From a plasmid, in the sequence record NZ_CP040051.1: a stretch of 64,000 nucleotides of DNA. One strand, 5' to 3'. The notes under the pieces were generated by a model. The model made no database searches, was not told the origin of the DNA, and worked only from the letters and a program-made list of their open reading frames with translations. Position numbers and translations under genes: made by a program. Below are positions 9,361-19,183 of the stretch, piece by piece (within the stretch, counting starts at the first letter, position 1; every line of letters begins with the position of its first letter).

Positions 9361-10377
9361 ATGTTACCGATCGTCTCCCCCTCCGTAGTAACCAAACAAC
9401 TTGCGTTCAATCGAGTAGGCGATAAACGCAAGGTTAGGGTTTCGTCCAACTTTTTGGATGTTATGGGGTTCAAGCCAGGTATGGGCATCGCCGTTGAGCC
9501 AGGGGAGGGGATGGGCGGTTTTTCGGTGATCCCAGCGACCGATGAACTACAGACACACCAGGTTTATCAGCGCCGGTATCAACCAAAGAGTCGCTCCAAC
9601 AACCCGCTGGAAACCGTTATTGAGTTTTCTGGACAAGGGCTCATAGATAAGTGCTTCCCTCGCTATACAGAGCGTTTCCACGTCGAAATGCGAAAAGGCC
9701 GAGTAGTCTTCACTCCTGTCGCAAACAGAGCCTTTGCCATTGCGGATCGGTTCAGAAAAACCAGCCCTTTCCGTGCCTTTGTGGCATTGACTGGCGGGGT
9801 AGACATTCATGTTATGGAAGCGCTTGGCTGGAAGGCTGAGATTGTTTTGGAGCATCGTCCAGTTGAAGCCAGAGACAGAGCATCCGGGCGGAACCTGAGT
9901 GAAGTACATGCGCTCAATACGCTGGTGAACAGCTCCCCGCGTATCCTGCTGAATGAAGACATTCATCACCTGGAGCTGGATCGCCTTGGAGCCTTGCTGG
10001 CGGAGTGCCCACCAATTGGTTTGGCCCATTACTCGTTGGGGTGTGATGACCACTCAAACGCCAAAAGTCCAAGGGACAAAGAGCGTTCTCTTGAGGATCT
10101 CTCCACCATGCTCGACATGGTTTACCCGGCACTAAAACAGATCGAGGTCGTGAACCCTGCCGTCGTGCTGGTGGAAAACGTCCCGAACTTCAAAGCATCC
10201 GGAGCCGGGGCGATGATGGGAACGACACTGCGGCGGATGGGGTACTTCCTCACTGAGATGGTCTTGAACGGTCTGGATTTCGGCGCTTACCAGGGGCCTC
10301 GTTTTCGGACAACGGAGCAAAAGGTCTGGATGATGCTCATTACGTTAAAGCATGGGAAGTGCAAGGCGACAAGATAG
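9361..10377 (+). CDS. degenerate DNA C5-cytosine methyltransferase-like protein (motifs I, VI and VIII-like present; PCQ catalytic motif and TRD/IX/X absent)
   Basis: EFSGQGL (motif I-like), VLVENVPNF (ENV motif VI), LNGLDFGAYQGPRFR (motif VIII-like LNAxDFGVPQxRxR). There is no Pro-Cys-Gln motif and the ORF stops after motif VIII. Confidence 0.5.
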   Translation: MLPIVSPSVVTKQLAFNRVGDKRKVRVSSNFLDVMGFKPGMGIAVEPGEGMGGFSVIPATDELQTHQVYQRRYQPKSRSNNPLETVIEFSGQGLIDKCFPRYTERFHVEMRKGRVVFTPVANRAFAIADRFRKTSPFRAFVALTGGVDIHVMEALGWKAEIVLEHRPVEARDRASGRNLSEVHALNTLVNSSPRILLNEDIHHLELDRLGALLAECPPIGLAHYSLGCDDHSNAKSPRDKERSLEDLSTMLDMVYPALKQIEVVNPAVVLVENVPNFKASGAGAMMGTTLRRMGYFLTEMVLNGLDFGAYQGPRFRTTEQKVWMMLITLKHGKCKATR

Positions 10378-10595
10378 AGTGGCAAGCAAAAAGCGAGCAA
10401 GCCGAAGCCTTGGCGCGAAGCGAGAAACTTGAAGCCGACGATAGGAAGCGCAATGAACTCGAAGAGCTGATGCTACCCATCAGGAAGCAATATGGGGCAT
10501 TAACAAAGCGACGTGATAGGGCAGGGGCCGCAGCTCTTGAAGAAGCTGTCCTGAGAGCGCTGAGAGCGCCCATCAGGAAGGCTGAGGAGAAATAA
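10359..10595 (+). CDS. hypothetical coiled-coil protein (78 aa)
   Basis: Overlapping ORF at the end of the operon. Weak support. Confidence 0.3.
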   Translation: MQGDKIEWQAKSEQAEALARSEKLEADDRKRNELEELMLPIRKQYGALTKRRDRAGAAALEEAVLRALRAPIRKAEEK

Positions 10596-10719
10596 CCGTG
10601 GAGCCAGTCTTAGCTAAAGCATTCGCCGGTTTTAAAGTCGTAGCTGTAAGTGCCCATCAGATTGGCTTTTCGGCTTTTCTTGCCATTGGTGTTTGCTGGC
10701 GCTTTAGGGGTCGCAAGTA

Positions 10720-11539
10720 GGCACTGTTGCAAATAGTCGGTGGTGATAAACTTATCATCCCCTTTTGCTGATGGAGCTGCACATGAACCCATTCAAAGGC
10801 CGGCATTTTCAGCGTGACATCATTCTGTGGGCCGTACGCTGGTACTGCAAATACGGCATCAGTTACCGTGAGCTGCAGGAGATGCTGGCTGAACGCGGAG
10901 TGAATGTCGATCACTCCACGATTTACCGCTGGGTTCAGCGTTATGCGCCTGAAATGGAAAAACGGCTGCGCTGGTACTGGCGTAACCCTTCCGATCTTTG
11001 CCCGTGGCACATGGATGAAACCTACGTGAAGGTCAATGGCCGCTGGGCGTATCTGTACCGGGCCGTCGACAGCCGGGGCCGCACTGTCGATTTTTATCTC
11101 TCCTCCCGTCGTAACAGCAAAGCTGCATACCGGTTTCTGGGTAAAATCCTCAACAACGTGAAGAAGTGGCAGATCCCGCGATTCATCAACACGGATAAAG
11201 CGCCCGCCTATGGTCGCGCGCTTGCTCTGCTCAAACGCGAAGGCCGGTGCCCGTCTGACGTTGAACACCGACAGATTAAGTACCGGAACAACGTGATTGA
11301 ATGCGATCATGGCAAACTGAAACGGATAATCGGCGCCACGCTGGGATTTAAATCCATGAAGACGGCTTACGCCACCATCAAAGGTATTGAGGTGATGCGT
11401 GCACTACGCAAAGGCCAGGCCTCAGCATTTTATTATGGTGATCCCCTGGGCGAAATGCGCCTGGTAAGCAGAGTTTTTGAAATGTAAGGCCTTTGAATAA
11501 GACAAAAGGCTGCCTCATCGCTAACTTTGCAACAGTGCC
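10720..11539 (+). mobile_element. IS26 copy 1 (820 bp)
   Basis: Terminal inverted repeats GGCACTGTTGCAAA ... TTTGCAACAGTGCC. Intact 234-aa Tnp26. Confidence 0.95.
10783..11487 (+). CDS. tnpA: IS26 transposase Tnp26 (234 aa)
   Basis: The translation [54 protein letters not shown]... is recognised. Confidence 0.95.
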   Translation: MNPFKGRHFQRDIILWAVRWYCKYGISYRELQEMLAERGVNVDHSTIYRWVQRYAPEMEKRLRWYWRNPSDLCPWHMDETYVKVNGRWAYLYRAVDSRGRTVDFYLSSRRNSKAAYRFLGKILNNVKKWQIPRFINTDKAPAYGRALALLKREGRCPSDVEHRQIKYRNNVIECDHGKLKRIIGATLGFKSMKTAYATIKGIEVMRALRKGQASAFYYGDPLGEMRLVSRVFEM

Positions 11540-12337
11540 TTCTACGGCACGTTTGAAGGCGCGCTGAAAGGTCTGGTCATACATGTGATGGCGACGCACG
11601 ACACCGCTCCGTGGATCGGTCGAATGCGTGTGCTGCGCAAAAACCCAGAACCACGGCCAGGAATGCCCGGCGCGCGGATACTTCCGCTCAAGGGCGTCGG
11701 GAAGCGCAACGCCGCTGCGGCCCTCGGCCTGGTCCTTCAGCCACCATGCCCGTGCACGCGACAGCTGCTCGCGCAGGCTGGGTGCCAAGCTCTCGGGTAA
11801 CATCAAGGCCCGATCCTTGGAGCCCTTGCCCTCCCGCACGATGATCGTGCCGTGATCGAAATCCAGATCCTTGACCCGCAGTTGCAAACCCTCACTGATC
11901 CGCATGCCCGTTCCATACAGAAGCTGGGCGAACAAACGATGCTCGCCTTCCAGAAAACCGAGGATGCGAACCACTTCATCCGGGGTCAGCACCACCGGCA
12001 AGCGCCGCGACGGCCGAGGTCTTCCGATCTCCTGAAGCCAGGGCAGATCCGTGCACAGCACCTTGCCGTAGAAGAACAGCAAGGCCGCCAATGCCTGACG
12101 ATGCGTGGAGACCGAAACCTTGCGCTCGTTCGCCAGCCAGGACAGAAATGCCTCGACTTCGCTGCTGCCCAAGGTTGCCGGGTGACGCACACCGTGGAAA
12201 CGGATGAAGGCACGAACCCAGTGGACATAAGCCTGTTCGGTTGGTAAGCTGTAATGCAAGTAGCGTATGCGCTCACGCAACTGGTCCAGAACCTTGACCG
12301 AACGCAGCGGTGGTAACGGCGCAGTGGCGGTTTTCAT
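11540..12337 (-). pseudogene. intI1: class 1 integron integrase intI1, 3'-truncated by IS26
   Basis: [30 protein letters not shown]... is collinear with IntI1 to about aa 266, after which the ORF reads into the IS26 end. Confidence 0.9.
12222..12250 (+). promoter_or_regulatory. integron cassette promoter Pc, weak variant (TGGACA - 17 bp - TAAGCT)
   Basis: -35 TGGACA at 12222-12227, 17-bp spacer, -10 TAAGCT at 12245-12250, inside the intI1 coding region and oriented toward the cassettes. Confidence 0.6.
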
Positions 12338-12509
12338 GGCTTGTTATGACTGTTTTTTTGTACAGTCTATGCCTCGGGCATCCAAGCAGCAAGCGCGTTA
12401 CGCCGTGGGTCGATGTTTGATGTTATGGAGCAGCAACGATGTTACGCAGCAGGGCAGTCGCCCTAAAACAAAGTTATGCAGCCAAATCCCAACAATTAAG
12501 GGTCTTAAA

Positions 12510-12962
12510 ATGGTAAAAGATTGGATTCCCATCTCTCATGATAATTACAAGCAGGTGCAAGGACCGTTCTATCATGGAACCAAAGCCAATTTGGCGATTG
12601 GTGACTTGCTAACCACAGGGTTCATCTCTCATTTCGAGGACGGTCGTATTCTTAAGCACATCTACTTTTCAGCCTTGATGGAGCCAGCAGTTTGGGGAGC
12701 TGAACTTGCTATGTCACTGTCTGGCCTCGAGGGTCGCGGCTACATATACATAGTTGAGCCAACAGGACCGTTCGAAGACGATCCGAATCTTACGAACAAA
12801 AAATTTCCCGGTAATCCAACACAGTCCTATAGAACCTGCGAACCCTTGAGAATTGTTGGCGTTGTTGAAGACTGGGAGGGGCATCCTGTTGAATTAATAA
12901 GGGGAATGTTGGATTCGTTAGAGGACTTAAAGCGCCGTGGTTTACACGTCATTGAAGACTAG
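12510..12962 (+). CDS. arr-2: rifampin ADP-ribosyltransferase Arr-2-like (150 aa), first gene cassette
   Basis: MVKDWIPISHDNYKQVQGPFYHGTKANLAIGDLLTTGF... is recognised. It directly follows attI1 (GCCCTAAAACAAAG/TTATGC). Confidence 0.9.
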   Translation: MVKDWIPISHDNYKQVQGPFYHGTKANLAIGDLLTTGFISHFEDGRILKHIYFSALMEPAVWGAELAMSLSGLEGRGYIYIVEPTGPFEDDPNLTNKKFPGNPTQSYRTCEPLRIVGVVEDWEGHPVELIRGMLDSLEDLKRRGLHVIED

Positions 12963-13282
12963 TCCTTTGCATAACAAAGCCATCAAACCGGACGCCAGAG
13001 ATTCCGCGCCTGTTGCGCATGGCTTCGCCATTTTATGCGCAATAGGCGCGCCACCCTGTCGCCGTTTATGGCGGCGTTGGGCGCACAATAAGGCTCCTCG
13101 CAGAGTTGCTTGAAAGTTGTTACGATTCAAATTCAATCATGAGATAGTCAGCAGATGAGCACTTCCAAGAACGCAGACAAGTAAGCCGCAGCAACCTTCA
13201 TTTTTCGGTTGTTGCGGCGTTCTCATGAATCCTTTTGCTCTACGGGAGCGCCGCCAAATCCTTTGTTCAAGGAGATGGTTTC

Positions 13283-14542
13283 GTGCGCTCAAAAAACTTT
13301 AGTTGGCGGTACTCCCTTGCCGCCACGGTGTTGTTGTTATCACCGTTCGATTTATTGGCATCACTCGGCATGGACATGTACTTGCCAGCAGTGCCGTTTA
13401 TGCCAAACGCGCTTGGTACGACAGCGAGCACAATTCAGCTTACGCTGACAACGTACTTGGTCATGATTGGTGCCGGTCAGCTCTTGTTTGGACCGCTATC
13501 GGACCGACTGGGGCGCCGCCCCGTTCTACTGGGAGGTGGCCTCGCCTACGTTGTGGCGTCAATGGGCCTCGCTCTTACGTCATCGGCTGAAGTCTTTCTG
13601 GGGCTTCGGATTCTTCAGGCTTGTGGTGCCTCGGCGTGCCTTGTTTCCACATTTGCAACAGTACGTGACATTTACGCAGGTCGCGAGGAAAGTAATGTCA
13701 TTTACGGCATACTCGGATCCATGCTGGCCATGGTCCCGGCGGTAGGCCCATTGCTCGGAGCGCTCGTCGACATGTGGCTTGGGTGGCGGGCTATCTTTGC
13801 GTTTCTAGGTTTGGGCATGATCGCTGCATCTGCAGCAGCGTGGCGATTCTGGCCTGAAACCCGGGTGCAACGAGTTGCGGGCTTGCAATGGTCGCAGCTG
13901 CTACTCCCCGTTAAGTGCCTGAACTTCTGGTTGTACACGTTGTGTTACGCCGCTGGAATGGGTAGCTTCTTCGTCTTTTTCTCCATTGCGCCCGGACTAA
14001 TGATGGGCAGGCAAGGTGTGTCTCAGCTTGGCTTCAGCCTGCTGTTCGCCACAGTGGCAATTGCCATGGTGTTTACGGCTCGTTTTATGGGGCGTGTGAT
14101 ACCCAAGTGGGGCAGCCCAAGTGTCTTGCGAATGGGAATGGGATGCCTGATAGCTGGAGCAGTATTGCTTGCCATCACCGAAATATGGGCTTCGCAGTCC
14201 GTGTTAGGCTTTATTGCTCCAATGTGGCTAGTGGGTATTGGTGTCGCCACAGCGGTATCTGTGTCGCCCAATGGCGCTCTTCGAGGATTCGACCATGTTG
14301 CTGGAACGGTCACGGCAGTCTACTTCTGCTTGGGCGGTGTACTGCTAGGAAGCATCGGAACGTTGATCATTTCGCTGTTGCCGCGCAACACGGCTTGGCC
14401 GGTTGTCGTGTACTGTTTGACCCTTGCAACAGTCGTGCTCGGTCTGTCTTGTGTTTCCCGAGTGAAGGGCTCTCGCGGCCAGGGGGAGCATGATGTGGTC
14501 GCGCTACAAAGTGCGGAAAGTACATCAAATCCCAATCGTTGA
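13283..14542 (+). CDS. cmlA: chloramphenicol efflux MFS transporter CmlA (419 aa from GTG; a leader/attenuator region is upstream in the same ORF)
   Basis: RSKNFSWRYSLAATVLLLSPFDLLASLGMDMYLPAVPF... is collinear with CmlA1. The allele (for example cmlA7) cannot be determined here. Confidence 0.9.
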   Translation: MRSKNFSWRYSLAATVLLLSPFDLLASLGMDMYLPAVPFMPNALGTTASTIQLTLTTYLVMIGAGQLLFGPLSDRLGRRPVLLGGGLAYVVASMGLALTSSAEVFLGLRILQACGASACLVSTFATVRDIYAGREESNVIYGILGSMLAMVPAVGPLLGALVDMWLGWRAIFAFLGLGMIAASAAAWRFWPETRVQRVAGLQWSQLLLPVKCLNFWLYTLCYAAGMGSFFVFFSIAPGLMMGRQGVSQLGFSLLFATVAIAMVFTARFMGRVIPKWGSPSVLRMGMGCLIAGAVLLAITEIWASQSVLGFIAPMWLVGIGVATAVSVSPNGALRGFDHVAGTVTAVYFCLGGVLLGSIGTLIISLLPRNTAWPVVVYCLTLATVVLGLSCVSRVKGSRGQGEHDVVALQSAESTSNPNR

Positions 14543-14733
14543 GAGAATGTGGCAAGCTATCGCCCAACAAATCGCTGCAGCCGACCCAAAACCGCTACGC
14601 GGTTTCGGTCGGCTGAGCTCAGGCGTTAGATGCACTAAGCACATAATTGCTCACAGCCAAACTATCAGGTCAAGTCTGCTTTTATTATTTTTAAGCGTGC
14701 ATAATAAGCCCTACACAAATTGGGAGATATATC

Positions 14734-15081
14734 ATGAAAGGCTGGCTTTTTCTTGTTATCGCAATAGTTGGCGAAGTAATCGCAACATCCGCATTAAAAT
14801 CTAGCGAGGGCTTTACTAAGCTTGCCCCTTCCGCCGTTGTCATAATCGGTTATGGCATCGCATTTTATTTTCTTTCTCTGGTTCTGAAATCCATCCCTGT
14901 CGGTGTTGCTTATGCAGTCTGGTCGGGACTCGGCGTCGTCATAATTACAGCCATTGCCTGGTTGCTTCATGGGCAAAAGCTTGATGCGTGGGGCTTTGTA
15001 GGTATGGGGCTCATAATTGCTGCCTTTTTGCTCGCCCGATCCCCATCGTGGAAGTCGCTGCGGAGGCCGACGCCATGGTGA
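14734..15081 (+). CDS. qacEdelta1: QacEdelta1 SMR efflux protein (3'-CS)
   Basis: [33 protein letters not shown] ... is recognised. Overlaps the sul1 start. Confidence 0.9.
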   Translation: MKGWLFLVIAIVGEVIATSALKSSEGFTKLAPSAVVIIGYGIAFYFLSLVLKSIPVGVAYAVWSGLGVVIITAIAWLLHGQKLDAWGFVGMGLIIAAFLLARSPSWKSLRRPTPW

Positions 15082-15914
15082 CGGTGTTCGGCATTCTGAA
15101 TCTCACCGAGGACTCCTTCTTCGATGAGAGCCGGCGGCTAGACCCCGCCGGCGCTGTCACCGCGGCGATCGAAATGCTGCGAGTCGGATCAGACGTCGTG
15201 GATGTCGGACCGGCCGCCAGCCATCCGGACGCGAGGCCTGTATCGCCGGCCGATGAGATCAGACGTATTGCGCCGCTCTTAGACGCCCTGTCCGATCAGA
15301 TGCACCGTGTTTCAATCGACAGCTTCCAACCGGAAACCCAGCGCTATGCGCTCAAGCGCGGCGTGGGCTACCTGAACGATATCCAAGGATTTCCTGACCC
15401 TGCGCTCTATCCCGATATTGCTGAGGCGGACTGCAGGCTGGTGGTTATGCACTCAGCGCAGCGGGATGGCATCGCCACCCGCACCGGTCACCTTCGACCC
15501 GAAGACGCGCTCGACGAGATTGTGCGGTTCTTCGAGGCGCGGGTTTCCGCCTTGCGACGGAGCGGGGTCGCTGCCGACCGGCTCATCCTCGATCCGGGGA
15601 TGGGATTTTTCTTGAGCCCCGCACCGGAAACATCGCTGCACGTGCTGTCGAACCTTCAAAAGCTGAAGTCGGCGTTGGGGCTTCCGCTATTGGTCTCGGT
15701 GTCGCGGAAATCCTTCTTGGGCGCCACCGTTGGCCTTCCTGTAAAGGATCTGGGTCCAGCGAGCCTTGCGGCGGAACTTCACGCGATCGGCAATGGCGCT
15801 GACTACGTCCGCACCCACGCGCCTGGAGATCTGCGAAGCGCAATCACCTTCTCGGAAACCCTCGCGAAATTTCGCAGTCGCGACGCCAGAGACCGAGGGT
15901 TAGATCATGCCTAG
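15075..15914 (+). CDS. sul1: dihydropteroate synthase Sul1 (279 aa)
   Basis: [58 protein letters not shown]... is recognised. Confidence 0.95.
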   Translation: MVTVFGILNLTEDSFFDESRRLDPAGAVTAAIEMLRVGSDVVDVGPAASHPDARPVSPADEIRRIAPLLDALSDQMHRVSIDSFQPETQRYALKRGVGYLNDIQGFPDPALYPDIAEADCRLVVMHSAQRDGIATRTGHLRPEDALDEIVRFFEARVSALRRSGVAADRLILDPGMGFFLSPAPETSLHVLSNLQKLKSALGLPLLVSVSRKSFLGATVGLPVKDLGPASLAAELHAIGNGADYVRTHAPGDLRSAITFSETLAKFRSRDARDRGLDHA

Positions 15915-15937
15915 CATTCACCTTTCCGCCGCCCGCT

Positions 15938-18091
15938 AAATATCTCCTTTTGGGTTGTTAATAAAACATCCAATAAGTTGACTGTGCGTGAAAAAGAAAG
16001 TTTTGTGTGATGGCGTTGAAGATCGCACCGTTAAGCTCTTATGTGGGATGGTGCAGAGCTCGACGACTACCGATAAAACGCAACCGCCGCAAACAGACAA
16101 GAAAAAGCCCCAACTGATAACAGTTGGGGCTTCAGTATTGTGATTGGTGGAGCAATAGCACCCTGAACCAAAAACCTTCTCGCTCAACGGTAGTGGCTGA
16201 TAACAACTCGTGAGGGCTATTGCGGGTTAAGCATTTAGCGATGTCTAGGGCCAGACTGGACGTCTGAACGCAAGCCGCTGATACTGTACATAACCACAGT
16301 ATCAGCGGAGGATACCCATGTCGCTGGCAAGGAACGCCACGGCGAGTCAATCGCCCACTCAAACAAACGGTTACGAACGCCACCAACCCGACCAGACGCT
16401 GCTCTACCAGCTGGTTGAGCAGCACTACCCAGCCTTCAAAGCCTCACTCGAAGCCCAAGGTCAACACCTGCCTCGCTACATCCAACAAGAATTCAACGAC
16501 CTCCTCCAATGTGGCCGTCTGGAGTATGGTTTCATGCGGGTTCGCTGCGAGGATTGTCATCACGAGCGTCTGGTCGCCTTCAGCTGTAAACGACGCGGCT
16601 TTTGCCCTAGCTGCGGTGCCCGCCGGATGGCCGAGAGTGCGGCGCTGCTGATAGACGAAGTCTTCCCCAAGGAGCCCATTCGCCAGTGGGTGCTCAGCTT
16701 TCCTTTCCAGCTACGCTTTTTGCTGGCTCGCCATCCCCAGCTGATGGGCCAGGTCTTGAGTATCGTCTATCGTACACTCTCAACTCATCTGATCAAAAAA
16801 GCCGGTTACACCAAAGCCTCTGCACAAACTGGCTCAGTGACTCTTATCCAACGCTTTGGCTCCGCGCTAAATCTCAATGTCCACTACCACATGCTGTTTC
16901 TCGATGGTGTCTATGCCGAAGATGACTATGGCAAGCAACGCTTCCATCGTGTCAAGGCACCCACTTACGATGAGCTGAATACGCTCGCTCACACCCTCAG
17001 CCATCGCATCGCTCGCTGCATGGAAAAGCGTGGGATTTTGGAGCGTGATGCCGAGAATACGTGGTTGACACTGGAAGAGGGCGAAGACGATACGCTGACT
17101 CAATTACATGGTGCTTCGGTTACGTATCGCATTGCCGTCGGCCCCCAGCAAGGGCGCAAAGTCTTCACCCTGCAAACCTTGCCAGGGCGTGAGGATAAAG
17201 CCGACTCAAGCAGTCGAGTAGCCAACCATGCTGGTTTCTCGCTACACGCCGGTGTGATGGCCGAAGCGCATCAGCGGGATAAGCTTGAGCGCTTGTGTCG
17301 CTACATTAGTCGGCCAGCGGTTTCAGAAAAACGTCTGGCATTAACCGCCAATGGGCAGGTGCGTTACGAGCTCAAAACTCCGTACCGCAATGGCACCACC
17401 CATGTGATCTTCGAGCCGCTGGACTTCATCGCCAAACTCGCTGCGTTGGTACCTAAGCCGCGAGTCAACCTCACACGCTTCCACGGCGTCTTTGCACCGA
17501 ACAGCAAACACCGAGTTCAAGTAACACCCGCCAAGCGGGGCAAGAAGCCCGACAAATCGGAAGGTCTCGATACTAACTGGCGTGACAAGAGTCCTGCAGA
17601 GCGCCACCGCGCCATGACCTGGATGCAACGCCTCAAGCGAGTCTTCAATATTGATATTGAAGTCTGCGAACACTGCGGCGGTCACGTCAAAGTGATTGCC
17701 AGCATCGAAGATCCGAAGGTCATTGAGCAGATTCTCAAGCATCTGAAACAGAAAACAGCCAAGGCGAATGCCGCCAAGCAGCGTGAGCTGCCACCAGAAC
17801 GAGCGCCGCCACTGACTCCCAGCCTGTTCGATCCATCACAGAGTCGTCTCTTTGACTGACGACCCCAAATCCAACACTGCTCAACACTGCCAACTTTTAA
17901 ACGGGGCGGTGGGGCAGTTTGTATCTCTCGAGCTATCAGGCTAGAGATTTTACCGCCAAATCGAACCTTATTAGAGCGGTTTAGGCTGGACCGGCAGTTA
18001 AAATTGGGGCTTGAGCGGTAAACGAGTGAGGGAATTTCAGGTAAGATACTTCGGATGAGGAGCAAAAAGGTGGTTTATACTTCCTATACCC
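15938..18091 (+). mobile_element. ISCR1 copy 1 (about 2.15 kb), with the oriIS end GGTTTATACTTCCTATACCC at 18072-18091
   Basis: Orf513 transposase plus the recognised oriIS terminus. The start is estimated from the canonical length. Confidence 0.8.
16318..17859 (+). CDS. ISCR1 transposase Orf513 (513 aa)
   Basis: The translation MSLARNATASQSPTQTNGYERHQPDQTLLYQLVEQHYPAFK... is recognised. Confidence 0.95.
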   Translation: MSLARNATASQSPTQTNGYERHQPDQTLLYQLVEQHYPAFKASLEAQGQHLPRYIQQEFNDLLQCGRLEYGFMRVRCEDCHHERLVAFSCKRRGFCPSCGARRMAESAALLIDEVFPKEPIRQWVLSFPFQLRFLLARHPQLMGQVLSIVYRTLSTHLIKKAGYTKASAQTGSVTLIQRFGSALNLNVHYHMLFLDGVYAEDDYGKQRFHRVKAPTYDELNTLAHTLSHRIARCMEKRGILERDAENTWLTLEEGEDDTLTQLHGASVTYRIAVGPQQGRKVFTLQTLPGREDKADSSSRVANHAGFSLHAGVMAEAHQRDKLERLCRYISRPAVSEKRLALTANGQVRYELKTPYRNGTTHVIFEPLDFIAKLAALVPKPRVNLTRFHGVFAPNSKHRVQVTPAKRGKKPDKSEGLDTNWRDKSPAERHRAMTWMQRLKRVFNIDIEVCEHCGGHVKVIASIEDPKVIEQILKHLKQKTAKANAAKQRELPPERAPPLTPSLFDPSQSRLFD

Positions 18092-18121
18092 TTTATACTT
18101 CCTATACCCTTTATCAGACTT

Positions 18122-18149
18122 AAAAAAGGCAGCGTTGGCTGCCTTTTGT
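18122..18149. terminator. hairpin plus T-run (ggcagc gttg gctgcc TTTTGT) between ISCR1 and blaPER
   Basis: Seen directly. An A-run lies on the other side, so it is potentially bidirectional. Confidence 0.45.
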
Positions 18150-18183
18150 ATAATTCATCTCTACTTATCACAAGGACAATCCG

Positions 18184-19110
18184 ATGAATGTCATTATAAA
18201 AGCTGTAGTTACTGCCTCGACGCTACTGATGGTATCTTTTAGTTCATTCGAAACCTCAGCGCAATCCCCACTGTTAAAAGAGCAAATTGAATCCATAGTC
18301 ATTGGAAAAAAAGCCACTGTAGGCGTTGCAGTGTGGGGGCCTGACGATCTGGAACCTTTACTGATTAATCCTTTTGAAAAATTCCCAATGCAAAGTGTAT
18401 TTAAATTGCATTTAGCTATGTTGGTACTGCATCAGGTTGATCAGGGAAAGTTGGATTTAAATCAGACCGTTATCGTAAACAGGGCTAAGGTTTTACAGAA
18501 TACCTGGGCTCCGATAATGAAAGCGTATCAGGGAGACCAGTTTAGTGTTCCAGTGCAGCAACTGCTGCAATACTCGGTCTCGCACAGCGATAACGTGGCC
18601 TGTGATTTGTTATTTGAACTGGTTGGTGGACCAGCTGCTTTGCATGACTATATCCAGTCTATGGGTATAAAGGAGACCGCTGTGGTCGCAAATGAAGCGC
18701 AGATGCACGCCGATGATCAGGTGCAGTATCAAAACTGGACCTCGATGAAGGGGGCCGCAGAGATCCTGAAAAAGTTTGAGCAAAAAACACAGCTGTCTGA
18801 AACCTCGCAGGCTTTGTTATGGAAGTGGATGGTCGAAACCACCACAGGACCAGAGCGGTTAAAAGGTTTGTTACCAGCTGGTACTGTGGTCGCACATAAA
18901 ACTGGTACTTCGGGTGTCAGAGCCGGGAAAACTGCGGCCACTAATGATTTAGGTATCATTCTGTTGCCTGATGGACGGCCCTTGCTGGTTGCTGTTTTTG
19001 TGAAAGACTCAGCCGAGTCAAGCCGAACCAATGAAGCTATCATTGCGCAGGTTGCTCAGGCTGCGTATCAATTTGAATTGAAAAAGCTTTCTGCCCTAAG
19101 CCCAAATTAA
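18184..19110 (+). CDS. blaPER: class A extended-spectrum beta-lactamase PER (PER-1 family; the context arr-2/cmlA/ISCR1 is typical of PER-7)
   Basis: MNVIIKAVVTASTLLMVSFSSFETSAQSPLLKEQIESIVIGKKATVGVAVWGPDDLEPLL... is recognised as PER. The allele is not resolvable without comparison to a reference. Confidence 0.95.
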   Translation: MNVIIKAVVTASTLLMVSFSSFETSAQSPLLKEQIESIVIGKKATVGVAVWGPDDLEPLLINPFEKFPMQSVFKLHLAMLVLHQVDQGKLDLNQTVIVNRAKVLQNTWAPIMKAYQGDQFSVPVQQLLQYSVSHSDNVACDLLFELVGGPAALHDYIQSMGIKETAVVANEAQMHADDQVQYQNWTSMKGAAEILKKFEQKTQLSETSQALLWKWMVETTTGPERLKGLLPAGTVVAHKTGTSGVRAGKTAATNDLGIILLPDGRPLLVAVFVKDSAESSRTNEAIIAQVAQAAYQFELKKLSALSPN

Positions 19111-19183
19111 CAGACTATCAGCACTATCTAAGCCGCTGACTCTGGTTGTACACTAAAGCTATGGTTTGAAATTGGAGTAGGTT

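Noticed and set aside
10657-11310. 217-aa minus-strand ORF
   Set aside because: It lies entirely antisense within IS26/tnp26 and runs across the IS boundary. It is a known shadow ORF.
13303-14493. Alternative-frame ORFs within cmlA (13303-13590, 13467-13745, 14107-14493)
   Set aside because: They are nested in the well-supported cmlA frame.
17341-18065. Minus-strand ORFs inside ISCR1 (and identical ones at 23287-24011)
   Set aside because: They are antisense to Orf513 or to the oriIS region and are duplicated only because the IS is duplicated.
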